From Spirochaetaceae bacterium (GTDB lineage Bacteria; Spirochaetota; Spirochaetia; DSM-27196; PWMO01), in contig REDW01000079.1 of assembly GCA_007693325.1 (NCBI GenBank), positions 52,721 to 76,720 of the forward strand: DNA of 24,000 bases. The letters run 5' to 3'. The notes beneath the pieces are model-generated. The model was not told the origin of the DNA, did no database searches, and saw only the letters and a program-made list of their open reading frames with translations. Positions 14,210-21,268 of the stretch are shown piece by piece. Every line of letters starts with the position of its first letter. Position 1 is the stretch's first letter. The translations under genes were made by a program, and so were the position numbers.

Positions 14210-16162
14210 TTAGTTCTTGATGCGTGGTTCGCCGGTGTAGAGATGCGTCTTGTGCGCAATACTCTTGCGGTTCCACCACCGCTTCATCCACGGCATGACC
14301 CAGTGATCGAGCCCGAAGCCGCGTCCGGCGCCGCCGAGCATGACGATAGCCGCCGTCATGAACCACCACAACTCGACGTTGCCCCACCCCGAGACGATAA
14401 ACATCAGAGCCATGCCGAGCGATATGACAGCCGCCGGGAAGGTGAACAGGCCGAGGATCAACGCAAGACCAACCACCACCTGCGCCACCACGACGCCGGA
14501 CTGGGCCAGAAACGCCATCGTCGGGAACCGGCCGAGAACGTTCTCGGCGAACCAGGTGTAAAGTCCCAGCGCTTCCATGATCGGTTCGCCCCACGAGTCT
14601 GCTCCCGGTGTCGCGCTGGTCGCGGCCGCGGTTGCCGCGGTTGCCTCATCCCAGACGATCACACCGGGAAGGTGAATGCTGGTATCAGCTACGTTGAAGA
14701 GCCCTCCGGGACCGGGGTTGAGCCAACCCTCGGAGACCTTCTTGACCCCCTCGGTGACCCACTTGATACCAAGGAAGACGCGCAACGGGAGTGCCCAGTA
14801 GGCCGGGATCTTGGCAGCCAGGTGACTTCCCACAATAGAACGGCCATCTCTGATCTGAAAGAACTGTTCCTGAAGATAGTCCCAGATCGCGGTAAGACCG
14901 GCCAATCCAATCAGATAGTGCAGATTGATCACGTGCTTCATGGCCTGCGCTGCAAAACCCGAGAGCGCCACGTTCATAACGTACGCCACTCCATACTTCC
15001 CACCGAGCGAAACCATCTGACCATGGTAGTTGGGCTTGAACGGCTTCTTCTCTTTCTGCTCGATCTCGCGGGCGATGTTTTCGGCTGCAGTGTGCGCCGA
15101 CTGTATGGCCGTTTCAACGATCTGCGGCACCACTTTGTCGTCGATCGTAACGAACACCATGTCTCCCACGATATAGACGTTGGGCACGTCAACCGACTGC
15201 AGGAACTCGTTGACCTGGATCCTGCCACGCTCGCCGACGATGTAACGTTCGTCTTCATCGAAGTGGCAGCCCTTCATACCGTGTATACCCTCAACCGAAG
15301 CCACCGTGGCTTCGTCTTTGGCGCAGTTACCCTTGGTCAACTCGATCTTGGAGCTGAACTCTGACCCATGAACGCCCGCAGTCCAGATGAAGGTATCGGT
15401 CTCGACAACCTCGCTATCGGCGATGACCACTTTGCCGGGCGCAGCACTGGTTATCGGCGAGTTAAGCATCAGGTCGGTGCCCCGGTTCTGCAGATAACGG
15501 GCCGCTTTTTCTCGCAGATGCTTGGGCAAACTGGGTAGAATGTCATCGAGCATCTCGATCAGTACAACCCGCACCTCGCGCTCGTTGATGTGGTACTTGG
15601 CGCACAAAACTTCCTTGCGCTCGAGCAGCTCACCACAGATCTCAACTCCGGTGAAGCTTCCCCCGGCAACGGCAAAGGTCAGGAGCTTACGTCGACGCTC
15701 CGGACTCGGCTCCTTGGCTGCCTCGCGAAACATCTCCTCAATATGAGTTCTGATTCGAATTGCATCCTCGAGCGACCAGCAGGTAAAGCAGTTCTCCTGA
15801 ACCCCGGGAATGTCAAAGAAGTCCGGCTGTGCACCGGCACCGATAATCAGATAGTCGTACGGGTATACAGCTGTGCGCGAAACCAGTCTTTTATTCTCAA
15901 ACTCGATCGTGTCGATTTCATCGCAGACTACCTTCACACTGGTGCCACTGAAGATCTTCTTGAAGCTCACTTGAACCGCTTCAGGCTCTACGCGCGATCC
16001 GGCTACCTCGTGAAGCTCCGTCATCAGGGTGTGATACGGGTTACGATCGATCAGCGTAATATCGATGTTCTGCTTACGTTTGTACTTCTTGTGAAGCCGC
16101 TTAGCAGCTTCCACTCCGCCATAACCACCACCCATGATGGCGATTCGCACTTTCTGTTCCAT
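14210..16162 (-). CDS. type II NADH dehydrogenase (NDH-2) fused to a C-terminal DoxX-like four-helix membrane domain
   Basis: ATG at 16162 (MEQKVRIAIMGGGYGGVEAAKRL, first dinucleotide fold). Second fold at FAVAGGSFTGVE; also IVGDMV. The C-terminal ~200 aa (from ~14824 down) are hydrophobic with a DoxX-like start, ALPLRVFLGIKWVTEGVKK. Confidence 0.85.
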   Translation of the reverse strand: MEQKVRIAIMGGGYGGVEAAKRLHKKYKRKQNIDITLIDRNPYHTLMTELHEVAGSRVEPEAVQVSFKKIFSGTSVKVVCDEIDTIEFENKRLVSRTAVYPYDYLIIGAGAQPDFFDIPGVQENCFTCWSLEDAIRIRTHIEEMFREAAKEPSPERRRKLLTFAVAGGSFTGVEICGELLERKEVLCAKYHINEREVRVVLIEMLDDILPSLPKHLREKAARYLQNRGTDLMLNSPITSAAPGKVVIADSEVVETDTFIWTAGVHGSEFSSKIELTKGNCAKDEATVASVEGIHGMKGCHFDEDERYIVGERGRIQVNEFLQSVDVPNVYIVGDMVFVTIDDKVVPQIVETAIQSAHTAAENIAREIEQKEKKPFKPNYHGQMVSLGGKYGVAYVMNVALSGFAAQAMKHVINLHYLIGLAGLTAIWDYLQEQFFQIRDGRSIVGSHLAAKIPAYWALPLRVFLGIKWVTEGVKKVSEGWLNPGPGGLFNVADTSIHLPGVIVWDEATAATAAATSATPGADSWGEPIMEALGLYTWFAENVLGRFPTMAFLAQSGVVVAQVVVGLALILGLFTFPAAVISLGMALMFIVSGWGNVELWWFMTAAIVMLGGAGRGFGLDHWVMPWMKRWWNRKSIAHKTHLYTGEPRIKN

Positions 16163-16272
16163 ACGCGTTCCTTTCAGAATTCTGATAGCCGAGTACCCCC
16201 GCATTCGCGGTGTCGGATGAATTGTAATCGCTCTAATACTAACGATTGTTGGCGCTCAGCGCAATAGAAAAG

Positions 16273-16638
16273 TCAAAATGTCTGGGCATCCACCGGCGTG
16301 TCCTCTACCCCTTCCACGCGAATGAATACACGGTTGGGCAGGCACGCGATCCACTCTCCAGACATCGTCGCCTTACCCGCCGCGATGCATATCTTGTCGC
16401 GGCAGGGTGAATCGAGCACTTCAACTCCACCGGAGCTGATCAGGATCTCGGTCTCACCCAGAGGGCCTGCAACCGATAGACTGCGTGTTCCCTCGAGGGG
16501 GTACAGGAAGACCCCGGCCTCGGACTGAACACGTACCTGAGCTCCCTGCTCACCACCACGGTACGCGTGCAGCGAAAACACTACGATCACCACCACGGCC
16601 ACTGCAAACGATATGTAGTCGAACAGCCGCAAACGCAT
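16273..16638 (-). CDS. NusG domain II-containing (DUF1312) membrane-anchored protein
   Basis: 121 aa. N-terminal TM helix (ISFAVAVVVIVVFSL) and the DUF1312-type signature DSPCRDKICIAAGKATMSGEWIACLPNRVFIRVEG. Confidence 0.8.
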   Translation of the reverse strand: MRLRLFDYISFAVAVVVIVVFSLHAYRGGEQGAQVRVQSEAGVFLYPLEGTRSLSVAGPLGETEILISSGGVEVLDSPCRDKICIAAGKATMSGEWIACLPNRVFIRVEGVEDTPVDAQTF

Positions 16639-16682
16639 GTATTACCCTTCTACTACATTTTGCCGATATTGTCTCGCCCGTG

Positions 16683-16711
16683 TTGAACACCTCACGGCAA
16701 CCCAATATATT
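16683..16711 (+). promoter_or_regulatory. sigma70-like promoter candidate for the polyprenol-kinase/DUF92 pair
   Basis: TTGAAC (16683-16688), a 17-nt spacer, then TATATT (16706-16711). It sits in the divergent intergenic region. Confidence 0.4.
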
Positions 16712-16742
16712 GGAGCCACTCTTTCGATCCCGAGGCGCTCCT

Positions 16743-17414
16743 GTGTCCGACCTGCTGGGTCTGGTTATCGCGTACATCATGATCCTGTCGGCAATAGCCA
16801 TTGCCGGCCTGCTATTGCGCGGGCGGGTATTCTCACCCACTCTCTCCAGAAAGTTCATCCACATCAGCGTTTCCAACTGGTGGCTGATAGCGATGCACTT
16901 CCACACGCGGGCGTTGTACGCCGCGGTCGGGCCGCTTACGTTCATCGTGTTCAACTGGATTGCCTATCGGCGGCACCTGCTGGCCGCGATGGAAGATCCC
17001 GAACATCGCCGTAATCTGGGAACGGTATACTTCCCTATCTCGCTATTGATCCTGGTACTACTGTGCTACAACGGGTCAATCCCACCCTATGTTGGAGGAA
17101 TCGGCGTGCTGGTCATGGGCTATGGGGATGGCCTTGCGTCGATTATCGGCAGTCGGTGGGGTCAAACCCGCGTACGGTTGTTCGAAGGGAACAAGAGCGT
17201 GCTCGGAAGCGCAGCGATGTTCGTCGCATCCGCCGCGGTAGTACTGCTGTTCATGCTGCGATTTCAGCCTGCCGCATCACCATCGACCTTACTTGCGGCC
17301 GGCATCACAACAGCAGCAATCGCCACGCTGATCGAGCTGCTGACCCCACTCGGGCTCGACAATATCACCGTGCCAATCGGCACCACGGTATTCTTCTACC
17401 TGGTATTTGCATGA
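16743..17414 (+). CDS. CTP-dependent polyprenol kinase family protein (phytol/dolichol kinase, VTE5/SEC59-like)
   Basis: I chose GTG 16743, which lies downstream of a TTGAAC-17-TATATT promoter-like motif and has GAGG 8 nt upstream. The protein is polytopic with the family motif VMGYGDGLASIIGSRWG. The N-terminal 86 aa of track ORF 16485 overlap the divergent gene and were rejected. Confidence 0.75.
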   Translation: MSDLLGLVIAYIMILSAIAIAGLLLRGRVFSPTLSRKFIHISVSNWWLIAMHFHTRALYAAVGPLTFIVFNWIAYRRHLLAAMEDPEHRRNLGTVYFPISLLILVLLCYNGSIPPYVGGIGVLVMGYGDGLASIIGSRWGQTRVRLFEGNKSVLGSAAMFVASAAVVLLFMLRFQPAASPSTLLAAGITTAAIATLIELLTPLGLDNITVPIGTTVFFYLVFA

Positions 17415-18223
17415 GCATCCTGGCTCTGCGTGCCGCTACTGCGCTTGCGCTGAACGCAACCGCAGCGGTTATTGCCACAAAACGGGGTTCGGTGACTGCT
17501 GCAGGAGGCATTACCGGTCTCGTAGTCGGAACCGGCATATTCATCGCAGGAGGACTCTGGCTGTGGTCACTGTTGATGGTATTCTTTGTATCCGGCAGCG
17601 TTGTCAGCCGAATCGGGCGCAACCGCAAGGAACCGCTGCAGCGGCTGCACGAAAAAGGCAGCCGGCGTGATCCGCTTCAAGTGCTGGCCAACGGGGGCGT
17701 TGGCCTGATGGCTGCAATCGGCTACGCGGTCACCGGGCATTCAGCCTTTGCTGTTGCGTGCGCAGCCTCGTTTGCTACCGCCAACGCCGACACCTGGGCC
17801 GGCGAAATCGGGGTGCTCAGTCATCGCGCGCCGCGCTCAATCCTGACCGGGCAGCACCTGCCGGCGGGAACATCGGGCGGCATCAGTCTGCTGGGGCTGG
17901 TGGCGTCCGCGGCTGCAGCGGCGCTCATCGCGGGAGCTTTCTCCCTGGGTTGGCTGCTGCACTACGGACACAGCCGCATCGTTGCGCTGGCAGCGACGGT
18001 CATCGCAGCCGGGATTACCGGTGCACTGATAGACAGCCTGCTGGGTGCAACGCTGCAGGCGCATTACACCGACCGTCGCAGCGGCAAACCAACCGAACGC
18101 AGATGCACCAATGGAACCGAAAACCAGCTGTTGCGCGGATGGCGCGGTTTCAACAATGACGCAGTCAATGCCACCAGCAATCTGATCGTCTGCGTTGCTG
18201 TGCTGGCAGTTGAGTTTGTATGA
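17411..18223 (+). CDS. DUF92 / TMEM19-family membrane protein (VTE6 phytyl-phosphate kinase-like)
   Basis: ATG 17411 overlaps the upstream stop (ATGA). Motifs NADTWAGEIG and PAGTSGGISLLG are typical of DUF92. Polytopic. Confidence 0.8.
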   Translation: MSILALRAATALALNATAAVIATKRGSVTAAGGITGLVVGTGIFIAGGLWLWSLLMVFFVSGSVVSRIGRNRKEPLQRLHEKGSRRDPLQVLANGGVGLMAAIGYAVTGHSAFAVACAASFATANADTWAGEIGVLSHRAPRSILTGQHLPAGTSGGISLLGLVASAAAAALIAGAFSLGWLLHYGHSRIVALAATVIAAGITGALIDSLLGATLQAHYTDRRSGKPTERRCTNGTENQLLRGWRGFNNDAVNATSNLIVCVAVLAVEFV

Positions 18224-18252
18224 CGACCTGCGGGCTATCGTTTGTCCACCGA

Positions 18253-18582
18253 TCATGCCTCAGCGATATCCAGGACCGTGGTAATCCAATCAAGATACGC
18301 GGGCAGGCCGTCGTCGATGTTCAGAAACACCAGCTCGGGCACGTCGTAGCTGTGAACCGTCGTGATATGACCGATGAGGCGGTCGCGCAGCGCCATGTCG
18401 GTCTTGATCAGCAGCAACGTTTCGGCATCGTCCTGCACCGCGCCTTCCCAGATATAGAAACTGCGAATCTGCGGAATCAGCTGCACACACGCCGCCAGTC
18501 CGGCACCCACTATACTGCGCGCCAGCTCGGGTGCCCGCTGTGGATCGCTGGTGGTGATCGCCACTGCGGGCTGCGAAGTCAT
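18253..18582 (-). CDS. cutA: divalent-cation tolerance protein CutA
   Basis: ~109 aa. CutA1 pattern AACVQLIPQIRSFYIWEGAVQDDAETLLLIKT ... HSYDVPELV. The ATG overlaps the cheW stop by 1 nt; GTG at 18585 is an alternative. Confidence 0.85.
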   Translation of the reverse strand: MTSQPAVAITTSDPQRAPELARSIVGAGLAACVQLIPQIRSFYIWEGAVQDDAETLLLIKTDMALRDRLIGHITTVHSYDVPELVFLNIDDGLPAYLDWITTVLDIAEA

Positions 18583-19076
18583 CACGCGCTTCCTTTGGGC
18601 CCCGAGGCCACTTCGGCCAGCTCGAACTCACTGAACACGCGATCGATAGCCAGTATGATAACAAACCTGTCGTCCTGTTTCCCGATACCCTCGATGAACT
18701 CGGAATCAACCCTGGAACCGATCCTGGGCGGCGGCTCGATATCCTGCGGATCGAGGTTGATGACTTCCTGTACCGAGTCGGCGATCATACCAAGCACAAC
18801 TGCCTCATCGGCAATTGACACCTCCGCCACAATGATCGACGTTGCGATGGTACTCTCTACCTCATCCATACCGAACTTGGTGCGCAGATCAACAACCGGC
18901 ACCACGCTGCCGCGAAGGTTGATCACGCCCTTCATGAAGTCAAGGGTGCGTGGAACCTTGGTGACATTGGTATATTCGAGCACCTCTTTGACTGAATGCA
19001 CCGCAATCGCGTAGAGCTCCCTATCGAGCGTGAACGTCAAGTACTGGTTTGTATCGTCTCTCGCTGCGCTACTCAT
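18582..19076 (-). CDS. cheW: chemotaxis coupling protein CheW
   Basis: ATG 19076 is preceded by GGAGGGAGGAGCAG. CheW-like pattern YLTFTLDRELYAIAVHSVKEVLEY ... INLRGSVVPVVDLRTKFG. Confidence 0.9.
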   Translation of the reverse strand: MSSAARDDTNQYLTFTLDRELYAIAVHSVKEVLEYTNVTKVPRTLDFMKGVINLRGSVVPVVDLRTKFGMDEVESTIATSIIVAEVSIADEAVVLGMIADSVQEVINLDPQDIEPPPRIGSRVDSEFIEGIGKQDDRFVIILAIDRVFSEFELAEVASGPKGSA

Positions 19077-19105
19077 CTGCTCCTCCCTCCATACAAAGAT
19101 ATAGA

Positions 19106-19975
19106 TCAATCGTCCTGAAAAGCGCTGAACTTTTGCAGAAAGCGCTCCAACGCCTTGCCGGACAGCCCCGCCTCACGCCCTGCCTGCTCGAGGCGGCTGC
19201 TGTCTGCGGAGGCTCGGATAACGCTGCACGCCGCAGCAGCTTCACTGCGCGACAGGCGTACCCCACCGAGGGTGTGCTCTTCAAATGCTGCGCTGGCGAT
19301 CGGGCAGACGGCGCGCGCGATATCGAACAACACGTTGGCGTAGGCACGAATTTCATATTGTGCGTGACTGTCCATGCGCAGCGATAGAAAGCGGAACAGG
19401 TTGTGCAGATCTATCTGCCAATACCACTGCGTATACAGGCTCAACGGCAGATTCACCCGTGCCAGTTCGCGCGCGATCCCCTGCTCCAGTAGTTGCCGGT
19501 AGGCACGATACGAGCGCGATTGATCCTCGCCGAACGCACTGATTACCTGCTGCGCGGCGTCCGCATCCACCGGATCGGCGCTACGCCCCTGCTTGTTGTC
19601 ACTGCTCTGCACCGCTATGTCTGCGGCCGCCGGAACGTAGAACTCCTCCTCCATCACGCTGTAACGGCCCGATATCTCGTTCAGGCGCGCGGTCCGGTGA
19701 CGCACCCACTGCCGCGCCACAAAAATCGGCATCTTGGTGTGAAAGGTCAGCACAACCTGTTCGAATGGAGAAGTGTGATCGTTGCGCATCAGGTAATTGA
19801 TAAGGCCGCTATCCTCGCGGTAGGTCTTGGTTCCAGCGCCGTACGACACGCGTGCTGACTGCACAATGCGCTGATCGCCACCGAGATAATCCACCAGACG
19901 CACGAATCCCTTGTCGAGTACGCGAAACTCCTTATCGAGAATGGCCTCGGCTTCCGGTACAATACAGTGAGCCAT
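19106..19975 (-). CDS. thyX: flavin-dependent thymidylate synthase ThyX
   Basis: 289 aa. ThyX signature region QWVRHRTARLNEISGRYS. GGAGG lies 5 nt upstream of the ATG. Confidence 0.9.
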   Translation of the reverse strand: MAHCIVPEAEAILDKEFRVLDKGFVRLVDYLGGDQRIVQSARVSYGAGTKTYREDSGLINYLMRNDHTSPFEQVVLTFHTKMPIFVARQWVRHRTARLNEISGRYSVMEEEFYVPAAADIAVQSSDNKQGRSADPVDADAAQQVISAFGEDQSRSYRAYRQLLEQGIARELARVNLPLSLYTQWYWQIDLHNLFRFLSLRMDSHAQYEIRAYANVLFDIARAVCPIASAAFEEHTLGGVRLSRSEAAAACSVIRASADSSRLEQAGREAGLSGKALERFLQKFSAFQDD

Positions 19976-20146
19976 GTTTCCTCCGTGGTTGTTGTCTGGA
20001 GCATAGCAGCATCACCAAACTTCGTCCACGCGGCTGAACAGAAACTGGAATTGGAGCAGATAGATTGATATCTTGAGAAGCAGAATGAAGGAGGGCGTAT
20101 CAACATTCGGCATTTCTCCCTGCTGGCGGGGTTTGTCCTGAGCGCA

Positions 20147-21268
20147 GTGACCCTGTCAGCCAATCCCGAGGCTGTCTCGGTATACAGTGAAGAGACCGCG
20201 GCAGGCGGCTATCGCCTCTACGCCGACAATGCTCACATAATCCCGGTCTACGTCTACGTCCGCCTGAATCGCGTCACCAACCTGCAACCCTCGGCTGATC
20301 TGCCGTTCGGCAAGCTGATCGAACCCGGGGCACGCCGGGTCGAGCTGTTTGAGCTTGCAGCTGCCGACCCGCACGGCAGACGCGGTTTCGGGCTGGAGTA
20401 TTCGTACGCGCGCGGCGATCCGCACAGCGTTCAACATGACGAGGCGCATCTCTACCTGCTGCCCTTTGCGCACGGCACCAAGCACCGCGTAACCCAGGGC
20501 TACAACGGGCAATTCACACACTACGGTGAAAACCAGTACGCGCTCGACTTTGACCTCGACAGCGGAACAGCTGTCACGGCCGCCCGCGCCGGCACCGTGG
20601 TCGAGGTGAAACAGGACTCGCGGGTTGGCGGCACAGGCGCACAGTACACCGATAAGGCCAACTACATCCTTATCCGGCACGATGACGGCAGCTTCGGCAA
20701 TTACGCGCACATCCGCTACAACGGTGCCGAAGTGCAGGTTGGGCAGAGAATCGACGCCGGTCAGAAAATCGCTTACAGCGGCAACACCGGGCGCTCCTCC
20801 GGGCCACATCTACACTTCGACGTACGCGTGCCTACGGTCGACGGCCGGATGCGCTCGATTCCGACGCTGTTCAAGTCGCACGACGGGAGTGCAATCAGCC
20901 TCGAGGAGCACAGCTTCTACTACGCGTACCACCCCGGGAAACCGCCGTTCGAGGTCATCTACGGGCGTGATCTGACCAACAGCATGTTCGAGGATCATAA
21001 CCGGCGCGTCGGACACAGCAATCAACTCGAGTTCCGCAGCGAGACATTCGACCTCAGCTACGTTGCCTACCTGGCAAACGGCTACAACCAGAGCGTCAAA
21101 GCCGACGTCAGCCTCACACTGCGCGGCGTCCGCTCAACGGTAGACATGCCGCGGACAATCCGCATCCCGGCCCGCACGGAGGTTTTTCTGACCATCCTTC
21201 ACGCCGATCCAGCGGTCAGTCGGATTCAGTTCGCGCCGCGGGTGCGTTACCGCCTGCTCGAAGAGTGA
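20147..21268 (+). CDS. M23-family (LytM-type) metallopeptidase with flanking repeated domains; true start probably upstream of 20147
   Basis: M23 motifs YALDFDL, NYILIRHDDGSFGNYAHI and GNTGRSSGPHLHFDV. The in-frame upstream sequence (20105-20146) encodes the signal-peptide-like RHFSLLAGFVLSAVTLSA but has no canonical start codon. Confidence 0.8.
   Translation: MTLSANPEAVSVYSEETAAGGYRLYADNAHIIPVYVYVRLNRVTNLQPSADLPFGKLIEPGARRVELFELAAADPHGRRGFGLEYSYARGDPHSVQHDEAHLYLLPFAHGTKHRVTQGYNGQFTHYGENQYALDFDLDSGTAVTAARAGTVVEVKQDSRVGGTGAQYTDKANYILIRHDDGSFGNYAHIRYNGAEVQVGQRIDAGQKIAYSGNTGRSSGPHLHFDVRVPTVDGRMRSIPTLFKSHDGSAISLEEHSFYYAYHPGKPPFEVIYGRDLTNSMFEDHNRRVGHSNQLEFRSETFDLSYVAYLANGYNQSVKADVSLTLRGVRSTVDMPRTIRIPARTEVFLTILHADPAVSRIQFAPRVRYRLLEE

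Noticed and set aside
14243-16267. 373-aa and 225-aa plus-strand ORFs opposite the NDH-2 gene
   Set aside because: They are antisense shadows. The NDH-2 frame carries both dinucleotide-binding motifs, and these ORFs have none.
16163-16272. 110-nt gap upstream of NDH-2, examined for a riboswitch, small RNA or operator (GCGCTCAGCGC, AATCG...CGATT)
   Set aside because: I found only 4-5-bp stems and no recognisable riboswitch core. It is most simply an intercistronic spacer containing the NDH-2 Shine-Dalgarno (AAAGGAA).
20156-20809. 217-aa minus-strand ORF opposite the M23 peptidase
   Set aside because: It is an antisense shadow of a frame with unmistakable M23 motifs.
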